Source: a virus
Taxonomy: Duplodnaviria > Caudoviricetes
IMG/VR virus record: IMGVR_UViG_3300028048_003175
Span: 33,849-97,848 of that record
Strand: one strand, 5' to 3'
DNA: 64,000 bases
The notes beneath the pieces are model-generated. The model saw nothing but the letters and a program-made list of their open reading frames with translations, was not told where the DNA came from and did no database searches. Every line of letters begins with the position of its first letter. Position 1 is the first letter of the stretch. The translations under genes and the position numbers were made by a program. Positions 47,183 to 56,605 of the stretch are shown in pieces.

Positions 47183-47687
47183 AATCAAGGCTCTGCAGAA
47201 GCAGTCTGACGAAGAGTATAAAAAACTGCCTAACGTGTCCCATGAGAGCAAGGTCTGGCAGAAGGCCTTCGATAAATACTACGCCGAAGTTTGCCGACCC
47301 AACAAGGAGAAGATCGAGAAGATGAAGCGGGAGGCTGAGTATTGCCACATCCGCTCGCTGGATAAGTTCTACTGCAACCGCCACCTCTACAGCGACATTC
47401 AGCCCTACGAGGTCATCGAGATAATTTCCGACGACCGCCTGAAGCTGCGCAGCATGGACTTCGTACAGACCAACGGCAGCGTCGAGCGTCTGAAGGAGTC
47501 GTTCAGCCCCGGAGGGTTCCTGGGCCACTTCGACAACTCCGTGCAGGAGTGGATATGCAAGCCGGACGAGAACGGCATCGTCGTGGAGGTTCGCCGCCGC
47601 AAGGACGGTTTCTTCTACGAGGTGGGCGGCTCCATCCCCTTCGTGCTTTCCGACCAGCCAAGAAGATATCGGGACTTCAATTTCTGA
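47133..47687 (+). CDS. Hypothetical phage protein
   Basis: YSDIQPYEVI...YRDFNF. Confidence 0.7.
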   Translation: MTTRYQYKNRWEQLESEIKALQKQSDEEYKKLPNVSHESKVWQKAFDKYYAEVCRPNKEKIEKMKREAEYCHIRSLDKFYCNRHLYSDIQPYEVIEIISDDRLKLRSMDFVQTNGSVERLKESFSPGGFLGHFDNSVQEWICKPDENGIVVEVRRRKDGFFYEVGGSIPFVLSDQPRRYRDFNF

Positions 47688-47691
47688 TGCT

Positions 47692-48120
47692 ATGCTGAAC
47701 GATGATTTGGAACTCACTCCCAAGCAGGAGATAAAGCGTCTCAAGGGCGTCATTCTGGAGAAGGATGCCGCCATCAAGGCTTTTAAGGAATACGACAAGA
47801 AACGGTCTGAGGAATTCAACAGACTCACGGAGAACTACAACCTCATGCAGCAGCAGTTCGACCAGTTCTGCGAAGACGTCAAGGAGATAGACGAGTTAGA
47901 TGAGCTGACGAAAGAGGACTTCGACAAGATTTACCACAGCTATTACAAGCGGTTAGGCGCTCTGAATGATTTCGTTCAGTTTATCAACGAAGTCAGAAAC
48001 AAGCTCAGCACCCTCGAAGATTTTGCCTGCAGGTTAGAAGCTGATGCAAGGAAGTTCAAGGAGAATATTCAGAAATTCAAGGACTCCATAGATAAGAAGA
48101 AAAAAGAATGGAAGAAGTAA
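47692..48120 (+). CDS. Coiled-coil hypothetical protein
   Basis: Helical, charged composition. Confidence 0.65.
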   Translation: MLNDDLELTPKQEIKRLKGVILEKDAAIKAFKEYDKKRSEEFNRLTENYNLMQQQFDQFCEDVKEIDELDELTKEDFDKIYHSYYKRLGALNDFVQFINEVRNKLSTLEDFACRLEADARKFKENIQKFKDSIDKKKKEWKK

Positions 48121-48635
48121 AAGATTACCATTTAAAGATAGACCTAAAGAAGTTCTTTGAGTCTGTCAGTACCGAGAACCTGCGCTTTATGCGCGATGCC
48201 ATGTCAAACGTGCTGAAGGAAAGAGCCAAGATGCTGAGGAAGGATATGCCTCCAGCAAAGCCCGAATATCGCTTCTGGATGGGTAAGGTGACTCGCCGCA
48301 TCGGCAACGCGCTCTGTCGGTATCGCTATTATGTCGAGCCGCTTAATATGGAGGACGTGCCGGAAGAACTGAGGAAGGTCGTATCAAGTACCTATTTCAC
48401 CCTTATGTCTGGCGTTTTCAGAAAGAACACCTGCCCGAAATTCGGTGACGTGGCTATACTCAAGTACAGGGTCTGCAAGCATAAAAGCGACAGTTCCAAC
48501 TTCAGACAGTCCAGGATCACTGACATCGCACCGAAAGAAGTGGTTGGCTGCAAGAAAGAATGGAACTGCCTCAACATCATCGCCAACAATGACAAGAGCC
48601 AGTGCCCCAATTGTCTTGATGTAATAATGAAATAA
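48108..48635 (+). CDS. Hypothetical protein with C-terminal Cys cluster
   Basis: C-x4-C...CPNC. Confidence 0.65.
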   Translation: MEEVKDYHLKIDLKKFFESVSTENLRFMRDAMSNVLKERAKMLRKDMPPAKPEYRFWMGKVTRRIGNALCRYRYYVEPLNMEDVPEELRKVVSSTYFTLMSGVFRKNTCPKFGDVAILKYRVCKHKSDSSNFRQSRITDIAPKEVVGCKKEWNCLNIIANNDKSQCPNCLDVIMK

Positions 48636-48638
48636 TAT

Positions 48639-48842
48639 ATGGGAAAACTTATCAGTAAGCCTACTCCTGGAGTAGAGATTTGGGATGAGGATGACAGCTC
48701 AAAGCTCGTGCTTCTCATAAAGTGTCCCAAGTGTGGCAAAGAGAACTGGGCGCCAAACGTAGCCCGTGGCATCTGTAGCTGGTGTGGCTATGACGCCAAC
48801 GAATTATTAACATCAAAACCAGAGAACAATGAGAAAGAGTAA
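48639..48842 (+). CDS. Zinc-ribbon protein
   Basis: CPKC...CSWC. Confidence 0.65.
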   Translation: MGKLISKPTPGVEIWDEDDSSKLVLLIKCPKCGKENWAPNVARGICSWCGYDANELLTSKPENNEKE

Positions 48843-49227
48843 GTACAGAGGTCAAAAAGTAAGTGACGGCACCTGGGTTTATGGTAGCCTGTCACTTGAT
48901 TGTGACGACAAACCGTTCATCCGTGTGGCTGGATATGGCGCAGACGGCAAGGCCTTCGACTCCGTGGTGCCAGTGAAGCCGGAGTCGGTAGGGCAGTTTA
49001 CGGAGGTCCTTGCCAAGAACAAACCTGTCTATGAGAATGACATCGTTCAGTACGTCGATGAATGGGATTTTGAAAACCATCGAATGACAGAGAAGGTCGT
49101 CTTTGAGGAAGGCTGTTTTAGAGCAGGAGAAGGCGGCTGTGAACTTTGCGAGTGTGACGAACTGGAGGTTATCGGAAACACTTCCGACAACCCCGATATG
49201 GAGTACGGATTTTATCAAGACATTTGA
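48829..49227 (+). CDS. YopX-family protein
   Basis: KYRG...WVYGSL, VGQFT, VYENDIV, LEVIGN. Confidence 0.85.
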   Translation: MRKSKYRGQKVSDGTWVYGSLSLDCDDKPFIRVAGYGADGKAFDSVVPVKPESVGQFTEVLAKNKPVYENDIVQYVDEWDFENHRMTEKVVFEEGCFRAGEGGCELCECDELEVIGNTSDNPDMEYGFYQDI

Positions 49228-49251
49228 TTTTGACGATAGGGAGGGTTGATA

Positions 49252-49518
49252 ATGAGAACAATTTTCAAACAAGTATTGAATGTAACCGGCGAACAGACGT
49301 TAATGCTCCAGAAGGATGCAGTAATTCTTCATTTAGATAATCAAAACGATCACGTCTGTCTGTGGTACGAATGTGATACAGATATGCCAACAGTTCCTAT
49401 AAAGGTTCGCTGCTTTGGCACTGGCCATGAAATGCCAAAAGATATCCCATTGGAGTATATTGGCACAGTATTAGTCCTCGATGGACGTGGTGTGTTCCAT
49501 TTCTATAAACAAAACTAA
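49252..49518 (+). CDS. Small phage protein
   Basis: FGTGH...YIGTV...VFHFY, a recurrent phage family pattern. Confidence 0.65.
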   Translation: MRTIFKQVLNVTGEQTLMLQKDAVILHLDNQNDHVCLWYECDTDMPTVPIKVRCFGTGHEMPKDIPLEYIGTVLVLDGRGVFHFYKQN

Positions 49519-49520
49519 TT

Positions 49521-49853
49521 ATGTTCAACTTAGAGAAACTAAAAGATAACAACGCCATCTTTTGGATATTCCGCTTTGACGATATCCGCAAGGTGGCTGC
49601 AGAGTGTGGATGGGCGATAGCCGTTCACGGCTCTGTTGTTCATGACCTCGACCTCATGGCCATGCCGTGGGTGGAAGAGCACACAACTGCTGATGAACTT
49701 GCTGAGAAGCTATCTAAGATTGTTGTCAGCGAAGAATACTACCGCGAGCCTGTGAAAAGCAAGCCAGGTGACAAGCCCAATGGACGCATTGTCTATACCA
49801 TCTTTGCCGGTCAGACGTATATCGACATGAATGTAATAGAGAAGGAGGGATAA
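49521..49853 (+). CDS. Nucleotidyltransferase-fold-like small protein
   Basis: HGSVVHDLDLMAMPW resembles GS-x-DxD. Confidence 0.5.
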   Translation: MFNLEKLKDNNAIFWIFRFDDIRKVAAECGWAIAVHGSVVHDLDLMAMPWVEEHTTADELAEKLSKIVVSEEYYREPVKSKPGDKPNGRIVYTIFAGQTYIDMNVIEKEG

Positions 49854-49855
49854 CT

Positions 49856-50218
49856 ATGCCATACGGAGTTTGTAAAGTTTGCGGATGCACGGACACGGAC
49901 CCATGTTTCAATCCAGAGCATGGCAACTGCTGGTGGGTGGATGAGAGCCACGAGCTTTGCAGCCATTGTGCTGACCAGAAGATTGCCAATGACCCGAACA
50001 CGCATCACTGCGTCAACTCAAATGACAAGTATCTGCAGAGCGTTGCGGAAGTGCTGGTATGCAAGAACTGCAAGTACTGGCATAAGGACAAGGACAGCGA
50101 CGATGTAAAGGATGATGCAGCGTGGGGTGAGTGTGACGTCAACGAATGGGGCTGTTACGGCAGCGATTCCATCTGCGTGGATTTTGAAGAAAAGGAGGAT
50201 GAAGATGGGACACATTAA
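49856..50218 (+). CDS. Cys-rich metal-binding protein
   Basis: CKVCGCTDTDPC...CWW...CSHC and CKNCKYW...C...C. Confidence 0.65.
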   Translation: MPYGVCKVCGCTDTDPCFNPEHGNCWWVDESHELCSHCADQKIANDPNTHHCVNSNDKYLQSVAEVLVCKNCKYWHKDKDSDDVKDDAAWGECDVNEWGCYGSDSICVDFEEKEDEDGTH

Positions 50219-50615
50219 GGCAGCATATATTCCTGCACCACATAAATTGAAAGATGTCAAAAACTGCACCTCACTGGAGCAATCGAAAGAACTCCTGTCT
50301 CTTGGCCTTAGCGCAGAAACGTCAGACATGATGTGGGGCTATTTCTACAACGGAAAGAATCTTTGCGTTCCTCAGATAAGACCATTCCTGGATATGAGGG
50401 GAGAAATCCCCAAAGGATATGTGCCAGCATGGTCCTTAACAAAGCTGTTAGATTTGTTGCCAGACGTTATTAGAGAAGGTGATGTTTTTTATACATTCTC
50501 TCTCACTAAGAATGTTATCGAGTATATTGACCACGAAGGTAAAGCCCTTTATTCCACTGGAGGCTGGGACTTTGTGGATGCAGCTGTTGAAATGTTTAAA
50601 AAGATAGGAGTATGA
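50205..50615 (+). CDS. Hypothetical phage protein
   Basis: CTSLEQSKELLSLGL...PAWSLTKLLDLLP. Confidence 0.65.
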   Translation: MGHIKAAYIPAPHKLKDVKNCTSLEQSKELLSLGLSAETSDMMWGYFYNGKNLCVPQIRPFLDMRGEIPKGYVPAWSLTKLLDLLPDVIREGDVFYTFSLTKNVIEYIDHEGKALYSTGGWDFVDAAVEMFKKIGV

Positions 50616-50637
50616 ATTATAAAAAAACAACGAAACA

Positions 50638-51075
50638 ATGAGACTGATTTACATGATTGCAGCCGACGTACTGAGAGCACTCGGCTGGGAAGTAGAGATT
50701 AACGAGAAGGACAGCTATTGGAACCTCGTGCTTACCAACACCACCAGCAGCGATGACATGCCCGAGTCGCACAAGTCGTGCATCCGGGGACTGTTGCGCG
50801 GTTGGCTGATGGAGTTCAACTACGAGGGTGGCCGTCAGCAGGTGAACATCTACAAGGAGCTGCACGGACTCGACCCCGAGGACGACCGCTATTCCTGTCT
50901 GGACACCTGCGCCAATCGGACGGACGGCAATACGCCTCAGTATAAGTTGGACGACAAGGAGATTTTCGTCCGCCGCAAAGACCGCTTCGACCGCTACGTG
51001 CTGGCAGAGCCTGTAGCCGATCCGAATGCAAAGACCGCCCCAAGAAAGTGTCCCGTAAGGGAAGAAAAATCGTAG
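50638..51075 (+). CDS. Hypothetical protein
   Basis: A-rich start context. Confidence 0.65.
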   Translation: MRLIYMIAADVLRALGWEVEINEKDSYWNLVLTNTTSSDDMPESHKSCIRGLLRGWLMEFNYEGGRQQVNIYKELHGLDPEDDRYSCLDTCANRTDGNTPQYKLDDKEIFVRRKDRFDRYVLAEPVADPNAKTAPRKCPVREEKS

Positions 51076-51090
51076 TAAATTTCAAATGAT

Positions 51091-51588
51091 ATGAAACTTA
51101 TAGCAATGAAAGGCTCCGAACTGGAGCAAGTAATCAAGAAAATGTGGGAGCAGCTTGTCTCTGACGAGAATGCTGCCAAGGAATTTATCAAGGAGCGCGT
51201 AGGTGTGATGCCGGAAGCCCTCAGCTTTATATGGGTGTTCGGTGACACAGGCTGCTTTGTGTGCCAGGACATCATCTTTGAAAAAGGCGACTGGGAGAAG
51301 GTTGATAAGAAGATCCTGCGTCAGCATCATGGCGACTGGAACTTCGACGTCAACTACAGGACAAAGGCCGGAAAGCAATTTCAAGAGGACTTCAATGCAA
51401 AGTTCAAGCATTTCATCAAGCACGAGCCTCTCGATAAGTTCGGTATTCACATGCTGGCCAACAACCGATACTGGAGTTGGCAACCCGTCTTTGACGAGAA
51501 GAGTGGGCAATATCTTATCTTCTGCTCCAATGCGGCCCTGCCATACCAAGAAATGAAGAAAGACTGCCAGTTCAAGATTGAACCATGA
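51091..51588 (+). CDS. Hypothetical protein
   Basis: Packed ORF. Confidence 0.65.
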   Translation: MKLIAMKGSELEQVIKKMWEQLVSDENAAKEFIKERVGVMPEALSFIWVFGDTGCFVCQDIIFEKGDWEKVDKKILRQHHGDWNFDVNYRTKAGKQFQEDFNAKFKHFIKHEPLDKFGIHMLANNRYWSWQPVFDEKSGQYLIFCSNAALPYQEMKKDCQFKIEP

Positions 51589-52187
51589 GAGAAACGACGC
51601 TCACGCTGGAACAGATAGAAGTCATACTGACAGGATATCCCGATTCGCCGTATTATGTACGGCAGGATATCGTGATACCCAACTGTTCATGGGGCTATCT
51701 GAACCACGAGGCAGACATACTTGTGCTAACCAAAGCCAAGTACCTTGTGGAGATTGAGATAAAGCGCACGTGGAGCGATTTTATGGCTGACTTCAAGAAG
51801 AACCACGTTCACGATGACCCAAAGTTGTCGTACTTCTACTATGCCGTGCCTATCTCGATAGGAGAACGCGTATTCCATTGGCTCTACAAGGGCGAATATA
51901 AGTGCCGGCCTGGTTTTATCTACTACAATCGCTCCGACGTGACAGGCTTCACAGAACACAATCCTAACCGATGTGGTCTTATTATCTATGCTGATGCTGA
52001 GGAATCGTCATGTCGTGGCAATCGCATCGGCTCCTGCTGTATCAATGTCAGTCCGGAGCGAATGAACAAATATAAGGTACCAGTAGAGGAAGAACTGAAG
52101 CTGCTCCGGTTACTCGGACTCCGCATCTGGAACATGAAGAAGAAACTGGCTGAACACCAAATAGAACCATCATTATTTAACAAATAA
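51585..52187 (+). CDS. PD-(D/E)XK nuclease-like protein (MmcB-like)
   Basis: EADILVL...EIEIKRTWSDFMADFKK...FYYAVP. Confidence 0.65.
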   Translation: MRETTLTLEQIEVILTGYPDSPYYVRQDIVIPNCSWGYLNHEADILVLTKAKYLVEIEIKRTWSDFMADFKKNHVHDDPKLSYFYYAVPISIGERVFHWLYKGEYKCRPGFIYYNRSDVTGFTEHNPNRCGLIIYADAEESSCRGNRIGSCCINVSPERMNKYKVPVEEELKLLRLLGLRIWNMKKKLAEHQIEPSLFNK

Positions 52188-52194
52188 CAGAAAT

Positions 52195-52902
52195 ATGAAG
52201 AATTTAAAGCACATCACATTTACAGGTATCGGAACAGATACCGATTTCAAAGCACTAAGAGAAATACAGAACGAGTACCCACATGTCGAATGGGGGGTGC
52301 TCATGTCAAGGAATTGGGAAAAGAATGGGCCAAGGTATTTCAACCCTAACCTCCTTTATGACCTCAAATTTATGGGGCTTAATCTTAACTTGTCTTGCCA
52401 CGTTTGTGGTTCAATTGCAAGAGAAGCTTTGAATAATAGCTGGGAGCCGCTGAAGCAGCTAACCCATTACCATTACGATGTATTCCAGAGGTGTCAACTT
52501 AACATTGGCTCAACTGATCCAACCCCAAAGACACCGTTTTTACGCAAGCCACTTTTCCTCAAGGAACTTATTATCCAACAAAAGTCAGAGAATGATTTGC
52601 TGGCGTTCGACACCATTATCGACCGCAGTAACATGTCGGTTCTTCTTGATGCTTCTGGTGGACGGGGAATAGACACTCCATTCAAGCCGTTCCTTCGGTT
52701 GGGATTAAAAGTCGGCTATGCAGGAGGCCTCACACCTGACAATGTAGGAGATAAGTTATATCAGCTCCTTCGAGAGGTTGATGGAGATTTCTGGATTGAC
52801 ATGGAAAGCGGTGTTCGTACTGACGAGCAGTTTGATCTTTTGAAGGTTAATAAGGTGCTTTGCATCTGCAAAGAAGTTATGAGGGAATTTAATCAAAAAT
52901 AA
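52195..52902 (+). CDS. TrpF/PRAI-like TIM-barrel protein
   Basis: LLDASGGRG, GYAGGLTPDNV, WIDMESGVR resemble the PRAI phosphate-binding end. Confidence 0.7.
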   Translation: MKNLKHITFTGIGTDTDFKALREIQNEYPHVEWGVLMSRNWEKNGPRYFNPNLLYDLKFMGLNLNLSCHVCGSIAREALNNSWEPLKQLTHYHYDVFQRCQLNIGSTDPTPKTPFLRKPLFLKELIIQQKSENDLLAFDTIIDRSNMSVLLDASGGRGIDTPFKPFLRLGLKVGYAGGLTPDNVGDKLYQLLREVDGDFWIDMESGVRTDEQFDLLKVNKVLCICKEVMREFNQK

Positions 52903-52904
52903 CT

Positions 52905-53267
52905 ATGGAACTTTTTCACAAAGAGCAATTTAGTGATGCCAGGGACGTAAAGGTCCCCGGCACCGAGGTACGCCGTAGCCGTACCGAAGAGAATGAGCAA
53001 GTGGTAAACTGGATGAAAGAGACCGGGCGCATCCCCATTAGCTATATGCGAGAGCGCAACGGCATCCATGTTGAATGCAGTAAGATTTTTGAGGCGAAGA
53101 TCAAGGACGTTTTTCAACGGCGAACAGGCATCGTAGGTGGCGACGGTCGCAAGTACAATATCGAAGACCCCGAAAATCTTTTCCCCATAGGGTCAGACAT
53201 CTGTGTCCGCGCCACCTGTGTAGAGACTGGACGCAGCGACGTATACAGCCTTGACTTCTTTGTCTAA
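52905..53267 (+). CDS. Hypothetical protein
   Basis: Packed ORF. Confidence 0.6.
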   Translation: MELFHKEQFSDARDVKVPGTEVRRSRTEENEQVVNWMKETGRIPISYMRERNGIHVECSKIFEAKIKDVFQRRTGIVGGDGRKYNIEDPENLFPIGSDICVRATCVETGRSDVYSLDFFV

Positions 53268-53372
53268 CCATCAACATAGTTTTTATATGAAGGAATTACA
53301 TTTGTTGCATTTCATGTCCTGGGATGAAGCCGAGGACGATCGTATAGCAAAGGAGAGAAAGGAGAACCAGAC

Positions 53373-53654
53373 ATGAAGCAGGCTATACAAGTCGGTCGAA
53401 ACGTAACGGACGTCATGGCGCTGCCGTGCATCTTCGGTGCATGGAAATACCCATATGCTCCCAATAGCGCACGCGAAAAATATCCAGTCCGAGGCCATCA
53501 GCCTAAAGAAGGTGATATCATCTATGACTTCCGGCAGGGGTGGAAAAGCGACTTCGCCATGGAAGGCGACTGGCTCTTAGAGCATGAGAATGGTGTTTGG
53601 GACATCATCAGTAACGAACAATACGAATACGCTATCAAGAAAGGATTTCTATGA
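53373..53654 (+). CDS. Hypothetical protein
   Basis: AMEGDWLLE; ATGA overlap downstream. Confidence 0.6.
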   Translation: MKQAIQVGRNVTDVMALPCIFGAWKYPYAPNSAREKYPVRGHQPKEGDIIYDFRQGWKSDFAMEGDWLLEHENGVWDIISNEQYEYAIKKGFL

Positions 53655-53980
53655 GAATATACGTCAGTACACCTATCAATGGCCGCAAGGAGCCTACATT
53701 CAAGGAGAAATGGGAGGCTGCTCGCCGTCGCGCCATCATGCTTAAAGCCTATCTGCAGGAGGAATACCCCGATGCCGAGATAGTGACTCCTTTTGATATC
53801 AGCACTATTGGCAGTACGACCACCGAGGAACAGGCCATCGGCATGTGTATAACCGCTGTGCTGGAGAGTGATGCTATTCTCCTTGATAGAGGCTGGACGG
53901 CATCCAATGGCTGCAACCTTGAGTATAGAGCAGCGAAACTCTACAAGAAGGAAATCATTGACGGCAACGGTCAGCTATGA
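53651..53980 (+). CDS. DUF4406 / nucleoside deoxyribosyltransferase-like protein
   Basis: IYVSTPING...SDAILLDRGWTASNGCNLEYRAA. Confidence 0.75.
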   Translation: MRIYVSTPINGRKEPTFKEKWEAARRRAIMLKAYLQEEYPDAEIVTPFDISTIGSTTTEEQAIGMCITAVLESDAILLDRGWTASNGCNLEYRAAKLYKKEIIDGNGQL

Positions 53981-54732
53981 AGAGACGCAAGAAGGTTTGT
54001 CCCCATTGTGGTCGCAAGCTGTGGCTCCGTGACTTCTACATCACCAAGTCCGGCAATCCAAGCTCCTGGTGCAAGGACTGTGAGAGGCAGAACAAACGCG
54101 ACTGGTATGACAGGACTCGGCGAGTGCCTGACGGCATCCGTCTGAACCCTTCCACCGGTCTGCTGATGCAACATGAAGGACTGGCCAGGCGTATCTACTG
54201 GAGCAAGCAGATGCTCGATGATCTCCGTCGGCTTTTCCCCACTACTAAGAATGAGGACATGGTTGACATTCTCGGTGTCAGTGAACGTACTCTCATCCGC
54301 AAGGCGAGGGAGCTGGGTATCTACAAGGACAAGGAGTGGCAGCATAACAATACCATGCGCCATGTAAAGATGGCTCAGTTGACTAACCGTATCTACGGCA
54401 TCAAGACCCCGTTCCAGAAAGGAGTCCACTACTGCCCGGAGAATGAGTTCCAGAAAGGTCACCAGCTATCACCGGAAGCCAAGGTCAAGCAGGCTGAAGC
54501 TCTTCGCAAATGGAACCGCTTACATCCAAAGGCAGCGCAGCATCGATGTAAGAGCCTGATGAAGCCCGTCCTTTGTGTCGATACTGGAGAGACCTATCCG
54601 TCCATCGCTGTTGCCGCCAGAAGCAACAGAGTGAAGCCACCGTGGCTCAGTACAAGAATAAAGCAAGGCAAGCCCATTGGTGGGCGAACCTACCAGTTTA
54701 TCAATAACCATCTAACAAAGACAGAACAATGA
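53977..54732 (+). CDS. DNA-binding protein with Zn finger, HTH and NUMOD1-like modules
   Basis: CPHC...CKDC; ILGVSERTLIRKARELG; FQKG repeats; KPVLCVDTGETYPSIAVAAR. Confidence 0.65.
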   Translation: MKRRKKVCPHCGRKLWLRDFYITKSGNPSSWCKDCERQNKRDWYDRTRRVPDGIRLNPSTGLLMQHEGLARRIYWSKQMLDDLRRLFPTTKNEDMVDILGVSERTLIRKARELGIYKDKEWQHNNTMRHVKMAQLTNRIYGIKTPFQKGVHYCPENEFQKGHQLSPEAKVKQAEALRKWNRLHPKAAQHRCKSLMKPVLCVDTGETYPSIAVAARSNRVKPPWLSTRIKQGKPIGGRTYQFINNHLTKTEQ

Positions 54733-54896
54733 AACAAGAAAGATCGCACTTACAGGAAACACGAGTTTCTGCTGTCGCTACACAGCAGTATTTCCCTTAC
54801 GACGAGCCTCATGCTCCCGTTGATGTCACCGCACAGTCGGACGTACGGAAGGAGTTTGAGCCTGGTCCCAACGTAAGGTCAGAGATTTATTTGTAG
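54729..54896 (+). CDS. 55-aa hypothetical protein
   Basis: Not in the track; ACAGAACAATG start with ATGA overlap. Confidence 0.45.
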   Translation: MKQERSHLQETRVSAVATQQYFPYDEPHAPVDVTAQSDVRKEFEPGPNVRSEIYL

Positions 54897-54948
54897 ATTC
54901 AAACCAATTGCTGTTTCTACAGCTTCACGGGAAGCGTCCCGTGTGTGG

Positions 54949-54979
54949 AGGTGGGGAACCGAGAGGCTTTCCGCCTTTT
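54949..54979 (+). terminator. Intrinsic terminator
   Basis: AGGTGGGGA...TTTCCGCCT plus TTT; preceded by hairpin CACGGGA-AGCG-TCCCGTG. Confidence 0.65.
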
Positions 54980-55014
54980 ATTGTATGGTTACGATATGAC
55001 CTGCTGAGGTCGCT

Positions 55015-55142
55015 GGATTGCATATTTGATTAACTATAATTAACGAAACTTTTGCCGTAAAAACTTGCATATTTGATTATTTCTTTGTATCTTTGCTATG
55101 CAAATAAGATAATAATAATCACAATTTTAAAACAGAACAGTT
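55015..55142 (+). promoter_or_regulatory. Repeated promoter/operator element, copy 3
   Basis: Invariant 23-mer at 55073-55095. Confidence 0.88.
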
Positions 55143-55847
55143 ATGAAAACAAAGAACAATTTCAAGAGCGAGAACGAAATCCGAGTTGCAATCGTCAATT
55201 TGCTGGGCGCTACCACTGAGCCGTTCACATTCGGAAAGTCAGTAACCGTTGGTGAGAAGAACGCCAAGACCAAGATTACCGCCATTGAGACGGCTGGAAA
55301 GGATGAGGTTTACATCACCGCTGAGTCGAACTCAGACATTTGCTGGGACGACCTGACTATCAAGGACCAGACCAAGCTCTACAACGCCATCGAGAAGCAA
55401 GTCAACTCAAGTAGTAACAATCAAAATCCAAAGAACATGGAAGAAGTAAAGAACGATGCAGCTGAGACTGCACAGGTAGAGAACGAGAACGTGGAGCAGC
55501 AGGCTCCGCAGGTAGAGAACCAAGAGCAGGCTGAGGCTTCTGCTGAAGCTCCTGCAGAGGAAAAGAAAGAGCCAGAGGTGGTCATCCCAGAGTGGACGGA
55601 ACCTAAGTATGAGTCATCGAGCATTCTCCTGGCAAAGTCCATCGAGGAAGTTGATGCCGACCTCAAGGCTAACGACCAGCTCAAGGTTGAGTCATTCAAG
55701 CAGCTCGTGGAGTGCTGGCCATCGGCACGCTTCACCCCCATTGCCAAGACCAAGGGTATCGTGACGGCTGAGGCTGAGCAGTTGGCACAACTGACAGACA
55801 CGCTGCAGAAGATGTACAAGCGCAGTATCTTAATCAAGGCTCTCTAA
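55143..55847 (+). CDS. Hypothetical protein (possibly two fused genes)
   Basis: Internal ATG at 55437 with A-rich context, followed by an acidic low-complexity stretch. Confidence 0.65.
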   Translation: MKTKNNFKSENEIRVAIVNLLGATTEPFTFGKSVTVGEKNAKTKITAIETAGKDEVYITAESNSDICWDDLTIKDQTKLYNAIEKQVNSSSNNQNPKNMEEVKNDAAETAQVENENVEQQAPQVENQEQAEASAEAPAEEKKEPEVVIPEWTEPKYESSSILLAKSIEEVDADLKANDQLKVESFKQLVECWPSARFTPIAKTKGIVTAEAEQLAQLTDTLQKMYKRSILIKAL

Positions 55848-55903
55848 GGGAGCCTTGTTCTATTCTTACACGGTAGGAATTGTATTAACCAATCTCAATT
55901 TAT

Positions 55904-56530
55904 ATGGACAAAAAGATTTTAAAGGCGATGTACGCCAATGTCGTAGCCTCTGATGAGCTGCGACCAGTGATGAACGGTGTTTACTTTGACGAGGCAGGAG
56001 AATGTGTCGGCAGTGACGGTCACCTGCTTATCGTCTATAAGTGTGGTAACACCAAGTTTGACGGCAAGATTATCCACCAGTCCGGTGAGGAGATTACAGG
56101 CAACTACCCGAACTATCGCAGTGTCATTCCTGCAGAGCGTGAGGAGTACAAGCATCGTATCGACCTCAAGGAACTGTTGGCAGCTTGCCAGTACCACCTA
56201 CGCAAGGAAAATTCCAATGCTGATGACCGTGTGTCTATCCTGCACAAGACTTTCGTCATCAAGAACCTTGCTCGCATCCTCAACGTGTTCAACGCTGCTG
56301 GGAAGCTCAAGGAAGCCGTGATGTACAAGGCTGACCAGACACGAGCCACCGTCATCGAGTGCAAGCTCATGACAGGTATCATCATGCCGTGCCAGCACTT
56401 CGAGGAGAGTGTGGACGTAGCAGAGGACGACGGTTCACCCGTTACGATCTCCTACGAGAGCCTCATCAACGACTACGCTTTCAACTCCTGGAAGAAGCAG
56501 GAAACCAAGGACTGGATGGATGAAGCGTAG
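55904..56530 (+). CDS. DNA polymerase III beta-clamp-like partial domain protein
   Basis: ASDELRPVMNGVYFD, GSDGHLL, GNYPNYRSVIP, GIIMP resemble DnaN middle/C-terminal motifs; only 208 aa. Confidence 0.65.
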   Translation: MDKKILKAMYANVVASDELRPVMNGVYFDEAGECVGSDGHLLIVYKCGNTKFDGKIIHQSGEEITGNYPNYRSVIPAEREEYKHRIDLKELLAACQYHLRKENSNADDRVSILHKTFVIKNLARILNVFNAAGKLKEAVMYKADQTRATVIECKLMTGIIMPCQHFEESVDVAEDDGSPVTISYESLINDYAFNSWKKQETKDWMDEA

Positions 56531-56605
56531 CATTCCTCCAGTCACTCAATGCTAATTAGTTAGCATCCAATGCAAATAAGTTATCAATTCAAAAAAGACA
56601 GAACA

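Noticed and set aside
53977-54732. Homing endonuclease
   Set aside because: Accessory Zn-finger and NUMOD-like modules are present, but no HNH or GIY-YIG catalytic motif is recognisable.
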